NCBI GenBank assembly: GCA_013265495.1
Contig: MU057584.1
Coordinates: 288,608 to 352,607 of the forward strand
DNA from: Vicugna vicugna
Taxonomy: Eukaryota
Direction of reading: 5' to 3'
DNA: 64,000 nucleotides
Of this stretch, positions 49,040-60,988 are shown piece by piece. Under the pieces are notes generated by a model, which saw only the letters and a list, made by a program, of their open reading frames with translations, was not told the DNA's origin and ran no database searches. Position numbers and translations under genes: made by a program. Position 1 is the stretch's first letter; each line of letters begins with the position of its first letter.

Positions 49040-49520
49040 CAAAACATGCTGTAGCAGGGGAGTCAGCCGTTACTTCTTGCAGAGACTCAAAGGCACGCAG
49101 AAGGGTGAGAAAGCTTTAGAATGGAAAACAGGGAAGGCGTCAGGTGTGTCCTTGTTGGAGGCAGAGAAAAAGCTAAAAGCAGGCTAATTAGAAGCAGGAT
49201 ATCCTAGGTGATCAGGGTGCGTGTTTAGCTTTCTCTGGTTGGTCCTAAGTTAGAAGCAGGGACAGAAATTAGAGAGGCTGTTAGTTTTTAATCAAGTCTT
49301 GGCTATTTGGAGCTGATTATTACAGAAGTTATTGTAATGCAGTTATTCCTGCATTGTCACTAGAGACGGCAATCTGGCTTCCTGTGAGTCTGACTTAAAG
49401 CATGCTGGCTTCCTGGGCTGTTTATAAGAGGGCTGTTTTTGTAGGCAGCTTGCTGCAACTTGTGAGTCAGAATCCTGTTTTTAGAGATGATCTGGCCACT
49501 GTCCATTTGTATACTGGTCT
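49040..49520. mobile_element. Probable ERV LTR fragment
   Basis: LTR-like text (ttctctggttggtcctaagttagaagcagggacag...gcttcctgggctg...ggcagcttgctgca...atctggccactgtccatttgtata); family not assigned. Confidence 0.5.
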
Positions 49521-51998
49521 TTCGAAGTGATTTATTTATTCACTTATTTATTTTTATTGAAGTAGAGTTGATTTACAATATTGTGTTAGTTTCAGGTATA
49601 CAACAAAGTGATTCAGTTGTATATACATACATACATATGTATATTCTTTTCAGATTCTTTCCAATTATAGGTTATTAAAAGATACTGAATATAGTTCCCT
49701 GTGCTATACAGTAAGTCCTTGTTGTTTATTTTATATATAGCAGTCCAAAACACTTTTTAGATATGATTTTACCTAGTCAAAGACCAACATGGATAAATTT
49801 GCTCCAAAGAAAAAGGCCCAGATGATTCTTTGCTCATAAAACTTGAGTGCACATGGTCCCAGAGGCTGATGAAAAGGAAAGCCAAAAGAAAACTCAGTCT
49901 TAGAAGAAGAAACAGAATGCAGAGCTCTGTCCTAGTTACTTCTTGCTGTGGAACAAACTCAGTGGTATAGAACAACAATCATTTCAAGACGCTGAGCTTG
50001 GCTCAAATGCTGGAAGCTAGAATCACCTAGATGTGACTTCACTCACATGTCTGGCAGCTCGCGCTGGCTGTCAGCTGGGACCTCAGCTGGGGCTGTCAAC
50101 CAGATTATCGTGACATATTCTCACCAACGTGACTGCTTGGGCTTCCTCACAACGTGGTGGCTGGGTTCAGGGTTTATGGAGGAGAGCATGTGGAGAGCAA
50201 ATGTTCCAAAAGACCAATGCAGAAACCCTATAGCTTCTTCCTTGGAAGTCATACACTGTCGCTGACACTGCATTCTTTCAACTACAAGTGAATCACTAAG
50301 GTTGGCCCAGATGCGAGAGAGGGAGGTTAGACCTTCTGCTGGATAGCAGGATGGTGAAGTCATATCACAGAAGAGCATACGATTGCAATCAACGTTGGAA
50401 AATACAGTAATTCACAGATGCCCTCTTTACAAGCTCACTGTCTATAATAAAAGCCAGGAAATGTAACAAACTGCAAAAATCATGTGAATCAGGAAAGGTT
50501 TCTGCTCCAGCAACAGAAACTGCTTCTGGCTGATTAAAGCAGAAAGGGAACAAATTAAAGGAATCTGAGCAGCTCAAAGAGTCTCCAGGATGGCAGGGAG
50601 CCAGGTTTAGGAGGTGCTGTATGTTGAATTAAGTCCCCTCAAAAAGATATGTTGAGTCCTAGCCCCCAGTACCTCAGAATGGGCCCTTATTTGGAAATAG
50701 CGTTTTTATAGAGGTAATCACGTTAAAATAAGGTCACCAGGTTTGAACACGGCATTGTGCTTCAGTCAATACAGTGTTAAGGCATGTGTGAATGAGCTGT
50801 GCTCTGCATGACACTGCAAAGGAGGCTGGAAAACGTCTTAATTAGGGGCAGGTTTCTGCCCAGCGAAAGCTCAGGGTTTTCTTTCCAAGGAAGGAGACGG
50901 ATACCGCCTTTGTGGTAGCAAAATGACTCCAGTCTTCACGTTCACAGGCCTCACAACTCCTCTTGGCTGCTTCCAGAACAAGGGCTCTCTTCTTCCATAA
51001 CACTGAACCACAGTCCTTCACTTCACTCTGATTGGACCAATCTGAACCAATCACTAAGGCCAAAGGAATGCAGAGCTCTGATTGGCTTAGGTCTGGATAG
51101 CCGCCATCTCTGATCCAATCACTGTGACAAGGGGTGGGGCTATACAGATTGCAATAGGCTAATAAGAGCCCCACCCAGAACTGGAGGTGGGCTCAATCGC
51201 GCAGAGCAGGTAGGTACTGAGGAGACGCCCACGTGCCCACTCTGGCAACACTAATCAACTAATTGCATAATTAAGTAATCCATAAAGGAGAATTGTATCA
51301 GAAGTCTCCTTGGCCCAGGGTTGTCAGAGAAGGCTTCCAGAAGGAACTAGGCACAGAAGAACGAGCAGGAGCTATACATAGCGTGGGGAGAAAAGCAAGC
51401 TAGGCAGAGCGAACAACATGGGGAAAGGCCAGGCAACCCTGAGAGTAAGGGAGTGAGACGTGGGTGATGGGGATGGGTGGGTATACGGGGCAGCATGGGC
51501 CAGAACACGCAGATTTGGGGAGAAGAGGCTCCACATGTTGCAGGAAGACTGGGCAACAAGGGAGAGGGAGTAGACAGAGACTAGGAGGCTCCCTGAGTTA
51601 GCTGACACAGCCCTGCCCCTCCTCCTAAGCTGCTCACAGAAGCCACTGAATTTCCACTTGCTGTTGTGGGGATTCAATTAAATAGAAGCTGCCGAAGTTG
51701 CTAGTATAGTATCTGGAAGAGGGACAACCTTCCATTCTCCACCCAAATGCAACCCGTCTGGGCCTTGGTTTGCACATCTGCAGAATGAGCCTAATTTAAC
51801 CACCTCCCTGGGCTGTGGGGACAACTTTGAATAAGCCCACGTACCAGATAAGTCTGGATATAAGCTCTGCCCTTCCTCCTAGTGACAAGATTAAATTTCA
51901 AAATGGGTTTTGGATACTTTGAACATATAAACGTTTAGGGAGATGGATGAAATAGGTAAAGGTTGACTTAAAATACTCATTACTATGATTAGAGAGAT

Positions 51999-52003
<5 letters not shown>

Positions 52004-52032
<29 letters not shown>
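52004..52032. repeat. (CT)n microsatellite
   Basis: Seen directly. Confidence 0.9.
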
Positions 52033-53013
52033 AATGAAGACTCTAGTCCATTTGGAGATAACAGTCTTTATTGCACTCTCTGCTCTGAAATAGCTCATTC
52101 CCACTCTTCAAGGGCTCTCAGGACACAGGCACACACAGCAGTCATTAGGAGCTCTCATGGCCTGGGTGTGATCCCAGCACTGCCCTTACCGAGCCCTCGG
52201 GAAGGTTAGTTCATTGCTCTGTGCCTCAGTTTCCTCTTCTGTAAAATGGCACCAAGTCTACTTTGTTTGGATAATTGAGAGAACTCTGTGTGTGCTTGTA
52301 TGTACATAGGTGTGTGTGTTGTAAACTCATCCAGTTGTCACAACAACCTTGTAAGGAAGTCAGGTATTTTTATTATCCCCATTTCACAGATGAGAAGAGG
52401 CACAGAGAGGTTGAGTAATTTGCCCAAGATCACACAGCCTGTAGGCAGCAGGAACTTAAACCCCAGCATTTCAAACTCAGAGTCTACAAGCTTAGCTGCC
52501 AAGGACTAGGATATAACAAGCATCCAGCTTGAGATTAAAGGCTAGAGGTCCTCGTGGTGGGGGCCAGAAGTCAGGTAGGCTTGGCCCCAAATCTGGCACA
52601 TCGATGAATTAAGTCCCCTATGTCCCCCACAAAACACAGTCCAGAACCCCATCCTTTTCCTGGAGAGATGGAGATCTCATCGACTGAGGCAAAAAAAAAG
52701 CAGGTTGGTAGGGTGAGGGAGTGTGTCAGGAGGTAGGTTTTGGATGGGCTGAGGATGATAGAAAATCCTAGGGAAGCAGAGGTTTTGAGGTGAGGAAAGC
52801 CGAGGTGTTCCAGCCGGGACATGTTGAGTTTCACGTGCGGTGGAATCAGACAGTTGGCTAACTCAGATCTGAAAAGCAGGAGAAAGCTCTGGGCTGGGAA
52901 GATGAGATTGCACATCAGTGCTCTGTGAACAGTCACTGATACAGCGGGGAGGGTGGCAGGGAGGCCCTCCCAAGACATCACACAGTCCTCTCTCTCTCTC
53001 TCTCATCCCTCAG

Positions 53014-53164
53014 AAAAGCATAAGGAGCTGCCCATTACAAACCTGCCAGTGAGTGCTGGGATCGTGGCCGCCATCATCATTGTCTCTCTGGCCATCGGGT
53101 CTCTCTGCGTTGGCAGCATTGCCTATCTCCTGGTGACAAGAGGCTGGAGAGCCCAGAGCCACAG
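53014..53164 (+). CDS. CEACAM19: CEACAM19 exon 3 (transmembrane, 151 nt)
   Basis: (ct)n catccctcag|AA; EKHKELPITNLPVSAGIVAAIIIVSLAIGSLCVGSIAYLLVTRGWRAQSH; donor AG|GTACAG. Confidence 0.95.
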
Positions 53165-53470
53165 GTACAGGAACCCCAGGCCTCTCTCTCCTTCCCTTCT
53201 GCCTCCCTCCCCCGCAAATCCCATTGATTCTTCTTCCACAAATCACATCATCCAACTCATCAAATCTCATCAAATCTCAGAACCACTATGGGGAACAGGA
53301 TCTTCCTGTCCTGTATTACACGGAATTTTGGATTGCAAGTGACAGAGACCCTACCTTTAAACTGGCTTATCAAAAAATAGAAAATGTTTTGTCCTATATA
53401 ACATAAGCTTCAGGTATGGCTGGCTCAGGGGCTCAATTCTGTCCAGAACCTCCTTCATACACCTCTCAAG

Positions 53471-53548
53471 GGACCCAAGAGGCCAGGGGTCTTTGTCAGT
53501 TTTGTTCCCAGCTGTGTTCCTAAGGCCTTCAACAGTGCCCAGCCCATG
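53471..53548 (+). CDS. CEACAM19: CEACAM19 L2-derived cassette exon (78 nt, phase 2-2)
   Basis: cctctcaag|G ... TG|GTCAGT; RDPRGQGSLSVLFPAVFLRPSTVPSPW, similar to human PRGQGSLSILCSAVSPVPSVTPSTW (recalled). Confidence 0.6.
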
Positions 53549-53942
53549 GTCAGTGTGCAGCAAATTAACAAATTTGCAGTAATGAGGTCAAGTATACCTT
53601 TTAAGTAAGGGTATTCAAACGAGCCAATCTTAAGAAGAATACTAAGGAAATCATGAAACAGGTAGATGGAGCAGGATGTTTACGTGGTCTGTGTAAACCG
53701 GGACATTAGGGAAGCGTTGCTTGTTGGCAGAAGGTGGCAGCCAGGGAAACTTGAGGAAGGACTGTGTGGCTGGGGATTATGGGAGAAGAGGGTAGGGTGG
53801 GGGCAGGTCTTGCCCTGGCTCATTGTAAAGCAAGGACCATCTCTCTCTCTGGGGCCTGATGGGCTTTCCAGCTTCTCTGAATCTCTCCCCACCCACCTGA
53901 GCATCTTTCTATCCTAATGTCATTCCCTCCATATGTCCCCAG

Positions 53943-53989
53943 GATGACGGCCGCAGAGAAACCGGAAGTGGGTTCCCATCATCACGCTG
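53943..53989 (+). CDS. CEACAM19: CEACAM19 cytoplasmic exon (47 nt)
   Basis: tgtccccag|G; MTAAEKPEVGSHHHA; donor G|GTAAGA. Confidence 0.9.
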
Positions 53990-54974
53990 GTAAGACAGAG
54001 GCCCTGGTCTCGCTACCTGGCTCTCCTCACAGTCCCCTCCCTTTCATGCACCAAGCCCAAAACCCCCTTGTGGTCCCCAACTTGGGGCCTCCAATCATTT
54101 GCCCCACCAAGCCCTCGCTGGGACTCCCCCAGACTCAGCCCACAGATTCTGAGCGCATGAGTGCTCACCCCAAACCTGCTTTTCCTCTTCTTCTCAGTGC
54201 CCAGCACTCCCAACCCCAGTCACCGCCACACTCACCGAGCCACACCAGTGGCTCCTGTCTACCAACAGGTCACAACTCAACCCAAGCTCCATCTCCCGGA
54301 TCCCCACACTCAACTCCTCGCTTTCCTCCCAAACTCCAGGCTGACCTCCACCCTATTGCTGGGCAAGGTCCTTTTAGAACTCTGACCCTGTCCCTCCTCT
54401 GCTCAGACACCCTCTATGGCTCCCCAGTACCCTTAGGACAAAGTTCAGGCTCCTTAATGTGGCTCTTCAGACCCTGCATAAACTGGTCGCCACTGTCTTC
54501 CCTGGCTTCATCTGTCCTATGTAATGTTTCTATCCTTAAAACAAATTGGTACAAAGAAATATATATACCAAATCCAGACAGAACATAGTTCCTTAAATAC
54601 AGCCAGCTCTCTCACTGCTAGGCCTCTGTATGCACGCTCTCGTGCCTTTAAATAACTCTCACTTCTCTTTCCAGTCTCAGATGTCCCCACATCCAGGAAG
54701 CCCTCCTGGTCTCCTCTCCAGGAGTCCTATGGGCTCATCCCACTCCAGCCCTGCCCATTCTGGATCATCCCTGTCTGGGGATGGGTCTGTCTCCCCCACT
54801 GGACTGAGGACAAGGCCAGCACTGCCTCAGTCACTGCTGTGTCCCCAGCATAAGGCCAGGCAAGAAAAGGGCTTAACACAAATGGTAATTGAATGAGTAA
54901 ATAAATGGCAGCAGCAGCTAGCGTGGACCTGAGGGCCACCTGTCAGCCGTTGCTCCCCTTGTCTTCTGCTCCAG

Positions 54975-55060
54975 GTGACAACAACATCTATGAAGCGATG
55001 CCAACTCCGGTTCTCCTGGTGTCCCCTCTCAGTGACACGAGGCCCACGAATGCCACCATG
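54975..55060 (+). CDS. CEACAM19: CEACAM19 cytoplasmic exon (86 nt; NIYEAM)
   Basis: tgctccag|GT; GDNNIYEAMPTPVLLVSPLSDTRPTNATM; donor ATG|GTGAGC. Confidence 0.93.
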
Positions 55061-55191
55061 GTGAGCCCCCACCCCTGTCCTCTAAATAGCCTACTTCTGA
55101 CCTGGTGCCTCCCCTTCAAGTTGGCTGCAGTGCCCTGCGGTGCTTCACACACATTTTGGGAACTGCTTCTCTCTCTCTTTCTCTCTCTCTA

Positions 55192-55225
<34 letters not shown>

Positions 55226-55704
55226 GGCTGCTCCCCATTTTAAAAATCATAAGCAAAAGAGACTGGAAGGAAACAGCATGACATAAACAGCATGTGACTT
55301 TGGGCGCGTAGGCTGGTGGGTGGATTTTATTTTCCCCCTGTAAGTGTCCATATTTGCCACACTGAGCAAATATTCCCTTTACAATCAGGTGGGAAAGGTT
55401 GATTAAAAAGAAGAATTCAATAAGAAAAGGGACATAAAACCTAACACTACAAGCTTACAACCACAGGTGTCAACAGGAAGGCTCGTTAATGGGTGATGGT
55501 CCGGCCCCTGGACAGACCCCCGTGATGCCCATTTCTCAAAGGAGAACACTGAGGTGCAGAAGGTTCATTCCCTTCACTCAGAGGGCTCACGGTCAGGGAG
55601 GGGTGGTGGGGATTTGGAATCCAGGTCTGTCCCTACATCAAAGGGCAAAAGTTGGGGGTGTTCGGGGTGCCCGGGGCCTGGCTCACCGTGTTCTTCCTTC
55701 ACAG

Positions 55705-55758
55705 CTGCCACCGCTGCCCCAACTCCCACCACTGGAGCCAGAGAGCCACCACTATCAG
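55705..55758 (+). CDS. CEACAM19: CEACAM19 cytoplasmic exon (54 nt)
   Basis: ttcttccttcacag|CTG; LPPLPQLPPLEPESHHYQ; donor CAG|GTGTGG. Confidence 0.88.
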
Positions 55759-56059
55759 GTGTGGAGCTGGGAGGCAGGAGTGGGTGTTGGGGACCCCGTG
55801 AGGGTGGGGAGGGGTCATGGCAACCGGGCTTGGTGGGAGAGGGCTGTCGCTCTCTGGAAAGTGCATCACAGCCTTGCGGAGGGACCCTGGACAAGTCCTT
55901 TCCCCTCTGGGGATGGCAGTTTCCTCCTTCAGAAAAGGATTCCAAGGCAGTGAATTTGCACAGGAGGAAATGAAGCCCAGAGAGGGGAAGGGCCTTGCCT
56001 GGCCAGGGCTCAAGCAGGGACCCCAGCACGGGGGCCCATTCGTGGGCCTGGGTCTCAGC

Positions 56060-56480
56060 CCATCTTCATCCCTTCCTGTCTGCCCCCAGATCTCTGCCTC
56101 CTCTCAGTGTCCCTTACTGTCCCGTCTCACATTTCCTGTGCGTGTCTCTCTACCCCTCTCAGGGTGTGTCTGTCTGTCTGTCTCTCTCTTGCTCTGTACT
56201 CTTTCCCATATCTTTGTTTCTGTCTCTCTCTCATTGTCCCTCCTCTTCTCTGTCCCTCCTGTCTTTTGATCTCTGTCGCCCCGTGTCTACCCCTTTTCCT
56301 GGCTCTTGGGTACCTCCACATCTCTCTGTATCTCTCTCTGTCTTTCCATCTCAGTCCTGCATTCCCCATGTGGGTGTTTCTCCCCATGTTTCTCGGTCTC
56401 CACCTGGCTCCTCTCTGTCTCCCCCCAGCTCTTCACCCCAACAACACCCCCTCCCTCTGTCTCCTCTCCCCTCCCCCCAG
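56060..56480 (+). repeat. ~400-bp pyrimidine-rich (CT/TCTG) low-complexity tract before the last CEACAM19 exon
   Basis: Strong C/T bias running up to the acceptor at 56480. Confidence 0.75.
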
Positions 56481-56549
56481 GACCTGCTGAACCCCGACCC
56501 TGCCCCGTACTGCCAGCTGGTGCCAACTCCTGAAGGGGTCCCAGGCTAG
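56481..56549 (+). CDS. CEACAM19: CEACAM19 last coding exon
   Basis: ctccccccag|GAC; DLLNPDPAPYCQLVPTPEGVPG*. Total 302 aa with the L2 cassette, 276 aa without. Confidence 0.92.
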   Translation, partial: DLLNPDPAPYCQLVPTPEGVPG

Positions 56550-57779
56550 GCCAGTGGCTTTCCCTCACCCCTCCTCGGGAGCCTTGGGCCCGCAGAAAAG
56601 CCACATCAGAGACCCAGAAGGACCGGGCCATCAGGGCTGTGAGGCTGGTGAGGTGGACTCAGCCGAAGACTCAGCACAGCATCAAACAGGTGTCCTGGGC
56701 AGGGGGCAGGGGAGTGAAGGGCCCAGCATCCCGCTCACCCTCTGCGTGTACAACCTGGCCTCAACTCTGGCCCTCCAGCAACCTGGCCTGGGGAAAGTAG
56801 GTTCTTGCCTCCCTCACCCCAAAGTCCCCCATCTGGATATTTGGGGGTGAAGAGGGTCATCTCAGGCCGACCTCCAGCCAGACCTCACAAGAGGGCTCCC
56901 TACTATCAGCCCACAACACCCCACCCCAGCTCTGCTGGTTGCCTTTGGAGCCCCTTCCCCTGGGCACAAGGCAGCACCCCCACCACCACACAAGCCCCAG
57001 AGGACAAGGCACGTGGCAGCCAGGCCTGGTCTCACGGGCCTGTGTCCCCAGATGACAGTCCTGGCCAGTTGCTGCGGCCCCCAGACCCCTTCCCTGCTCA
57101 GGCAGATCCAGCCCCACTCAAAATTCGGTCTCTCAAAACCTGTGGCCACCTTCTGCCACTTCCCCTGACACCAAGTCCCTCGGGACAGCTGCTCCCTGCT
57201 CTACCCTCAACCCAATCCTGTCCTAAATGCGGGCCGGCTCTCTCACCCTCTAATCTATTCATTCACTCCACAATGAATAAGCTGTGGGCCGTGCCCCATT
57301 CTAGACCCTGCTGCCCCAGCAAGGATCAAAATAAGCAAACCTTCCTGGTCTCCTAGAAGGACACTCTGGCAACGGAGAGAGAGCCAGAAAATATAAATAA
57401 ATAACATACATGCTGTGTTGGGTGCTGACAAGTGCACTGGGGAAATAAAGACAGAAGGGGGTTGGGAGAGTTAAGGGACTGAGGTTTTAAATAAAGAGCC
57501 AGAGAAGGCCTCCTCGCCCAGAAGGTAACAGTGAACAAAGACCTGAAGGAAGAGAAGCAGGGAGCCAGAGGGATCTGGAGGGAGAGCATTCCAGGCAGGA
57601 GGAACAGCAAGTACAAAGGCCCTGAGGTAGGAGTCAGCCTGGGATGGGCACAGAGTAAGGAAGGGGGAGAGGGCGGGAGGTGAGGTCAGGGAGATGGGGA
57701 GGTACAGAGCATGCAGGGCATGTAAGGCATTGCAAAGACTGTGGCTTTTGCTCTGGAAGCTAAGAAAAAAATTAAGAAC

Positions 57780-58350
57780 TGGATAATGGCCCCTCCAAGT
57801 TGTCTACCTTATATAGCAAAATTCTCTGTGAATGGTACAGAGGATTTTATATAGCAAAAAGAGTTTTGCAGGTGTGATTAAGTTAAGGATCCTGAGATGG
57901 GGAGATTATGCTGGATTACCTTGGAGGGCACTGAATGTCATAAGAAGGGTCTTTCTAAGAGGCACACAGAGGAGCAAGTGTCAGAGGAGGAGCTGTGATG
58001 AGGAAGGAAGCAGAGATTGGTGTGACACACTTGGAAGATGGAGGAAGGGGCTGAAAACCAAGGCAGCCCAGAGTCAGAGTGACCCGATGGGAGAAAAATT
58101 CCAGTGGTCCTTGCTGGCTTTGAAGATTGAAAGGGGCCATGAGCAGAAGCCTTTAGAAGTCAGAAAAGGCAAGGAAACAGATCCTCTCCTAGAAGCTCCA
58201 GAAAGCAACTCTGCACTGCTGACACCTTGATTTGGGCCCAGGGAGACCCACTTTGGACTTGTGACCTCCAGAGCTATGAGATAATAAATTTGTGTCATTT
58301 GAAGCCACAATATTGGTGGCAGTTTGTTTCAGCAGCCACAGGAAATTAAT
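57780..58350 (+). mobile_element. MaLR LTR (MLT1D-like)
   Basis: ggtgtgattaagttaaggatcctgagatggggagattat...aaaggcaaggaaacagatcctctcctagaagctccagaa...ataataaatttgtgt...gcagccacaggaaattaat. Confidence 0.8.
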
Positions 58351-60069
58351 GTAGAGGAGGAAGAAGAATTCACAGGAAGGGAAGTTGCCTCTCCCGCTGA
58401 CTCAATATGCAAATACTCCCTGTGAGGAACTTCTCCAGCCTCAGACCTCTCAGGACACCCAATGCCTGGGCCCCTGACCACCTGCTTGCTGAGGTTAACC
58501 AGGTCAACACACGGGTAGAACTCAGCCAGGCACTGGCTGCTAGGGTGTAGGGTGTGAGGGACTCAATTTATCCCAACCCCAGATGAGGAGAACCCAGATG
58601 CCTGCCTTCCTCTCCTCTATACCAGCAACTGCTTATCAAATGCCAATATCTGTGATCTCCTTTTCCCCAGAAATAGGGTTTTTAACCAAGTGTATGGCTG
58701 TCAAGCATAAAAACTACATTCCCCAGCTTCCCTTGCTGCTAGGTGTGGCCATGTGACTAATTCCAGAATAATGGGATATGAGCAGAAGTGATATACACAC
58801 TCCTCGGGTCATTTTCTTAAAGGGAAAGGATACCCTTTCTTCTTGGTTCACTTTCCCTTAGGCTCAAGAAGAGATGTGATGGGAACTATCTGGGGTCACA
58901 TGGACAAGGACAGCCCAAAGCCAAGTTAGAGGGAGCCTGAAGGACAGTGATATGGATGGAGCCACCATGCCAGGTTAGATAGTTACCCTCTTGTTTAAGC
59001 CACCATTATTTAGGGATTCTGTTACATCCAGCTCCTTCTAAATCCTAATACACCCAAGATGGCAATGTTTTCCAGAGTAAGTTCTCTGAGCCTGACTGTA
59101 CGCCTTCTAGCTCACTTGGAACTAGCTTTGTTATACAATGACTTGTGTCCCCCAAAACTCATGTTGAAGCCCTAACCTCCAATGTGACTTTATGCCAGTG
59201 TTGCAGTCAGGATGACCTGGATTATGCGGCAGTAACAAGCAACCCTACAACCTCCATGGCTCAGAACATTCAAAGGCTCATTTTTTTTGCTCATGCTACG
59301 TGTTCCTCTCAGGCAGGCAGGTGTGGCGAGGGTCAGGAGAGCTCTGCTCCACATCTCCCCATTCAGGAACCAGGATGACAGGGCCAGTCACTGTACAGGG
59401 AAAGGGAGGGCACCTAGCAAGACACGCACTGGCTTTTAAGGGCTTCCACCAGGAAGTGACACTCCCACTCTAAGTTCATTGGCCAAAGCAAGTCACACGG
59501 CACAATCCAATGTCAAGAGCACTGGGCAGGTGCAGTCCTACCACGTGCCCAGAATAGGGAGAACCAAAATATGTACAGTCAGTCAATGCACCTTCAGGAT
59601 TCACACCTGAGCCCACATTCTCAACCACATAGCTTCCTGAGAGAAATTCCCAGGCAGGCCTGCCCTCCCCTATCTATTCAATCAATGACTCATTCATTCA
59701 TTCAGCAAGTGCTGGACCACAGTGGTGGGGGTGACTGGGGAAATTTTTGTTTATTCATCAATTCAACAAACATTTATTGATCAACTCTTGTGTGCAGCTG
59801 TTTGAGGCTCTGAGGAGGTAGCCATGAACAAAACACACAGAGATTCCTGACCTTGGAGAGCTGACAACAAACAGCATCGAATGTCCAGGGGGGGTGATGC
59901 TCTGAGGGAGAACAGAACAGGTGCTGAGGAAGCTGGGGTACCAGAGTGGGGGAACACCCAGGTGCCTGCTTTGCCTACGAGGTTTAAGGAGTAGTGGTGA
60001 CGTTCACACTGCAAGAAGGCCAGGTTTGCAAGAAATGACAACATACGTTCACACAAAAGCTTGTACCCA

Positions 60070-60189
60070 GGAGTGGGTATAGCTCAGTGGTAGAGCATGT
60101 GCTTAGCATGCACGAGGTCCTGGGTTCAATTCCCAGCACCTCCATGTTTGATGATAGCAAAAAATAAATAAAATAAAATAAAATAAAAA
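60070..60189 (+). mobile_element. tRNA-Ala-derived SINE inserted in an L1 3' fragment
   Basis: Near-intact tRNA-Ala(AGC) head, (AAAAT)n tail, TSD-like aaaa(g/a)cttg(t/c)ac. Confidence 0.85.
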
Positions 60190-60699
60190 CTTGCACACAA
60201 ATGTTAGAGAAGCATTTGACTATTCAAAATAGTCAAAAAGTGAAAACAACCCAAATGTCCCTCAGCAGATGAATGGATAAACAAAGTACAACCTATCCAT
60301 ATTTCATATTTCATACCATGAAATATTGTTTGGTCATTAAAAAGGAATAAAATATTAATTCATGTTACAACATGGAACCTTGAGGACGTTATGCTGAGTG
60401 AAAGAAGCCAAACACAAAAGACTGCATACTGTACGATTCCACTCATATGAACTGTCCAGAATAGGCAAGTCCATAGGGACAGAAAGCAGATTAATGTTTG
60501 CCAGGGGCTGGGAGGGAGAGGGCATGGGTAGTGACTCCTAATAGGGACAGGGTTTCTTTGGGGAGGTGGTGGAAGTGTTCTAAGATTGTTGTGATGATGA
60601 TTGCACAACCCTATGAACATACAAAAAACATTGAGTTGTGCACTTTAAAGGAGTGAATTGTATGATATGTGCACTGTATCTCAATAACACTGTTTTTAG

Positions 60700-60745
60700 A
60701 AAGGAAGGAAGGAAGGTAGGAAGGAAGGAAGGAAAGAAGGAAGAA
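60700..60745. repeat. (GGAA)n simple repeat
   Basis: Seen directly. Confidence 0.85.
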
Positions 60746-60973
60746 GGGGTTTGGGAGGAAGAGAGAGATTTGGGAGGACAGTCTTGTGTTCAGTTCAGCG
60801 TGTTGGCAGAAGGCAGCTGGAGACCGAGGTTGGGAGTGTAGGCTTGGGGACAGTGAACGTGAGTGCACCCTGCAGCACGATCACCCAGGAAATGTCATCT
60901 GTCACTGGTTAGGTATGGACTTACTGAATCCATTCTAGTTAGACTTGCATGCAGGACGGGGGTCATCACGGAG

Positions 60974-60988
60974 CCAGGAGGGGGCAGC
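60974..60988 (+). promoter_or_regulatory. Candidate CTCF site
   Basis: CCAGGAGGGGGCAGC closely matches CCAScAGRKGGCRS; lies in a small CpG-containing unique patch with CACGTG at 61024. Confidence 0.45.

Noticed and set aside
49789..49925. MDKFAPKKK... start resembling a hAT transposase N-terminus
   Set aside because: Stops after 16 codons; similarity too weak to support without a search.
51020..51130. Cluster of CCAAT/ATTGG boxes
   Set aside because: Typical internal text of old ERVL/MaLR LTRs; no independent sign of a promoter.
53917..54588. 223-aa Pro/Ser-rich ORF
   Set aside because: Only 53943-53989 is exon; the rest is C-rich intron read-through past a strong GTAAGA donor.
60070..60144. 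Near-intact tRNA-Ala(AGC) cloverleaf (also 16382, 25275, 35867 etc.)
   Set aside because: A-rich tails, target-site duplications and ~13 diverged copies show these are SINE heads, not tRNA genes.
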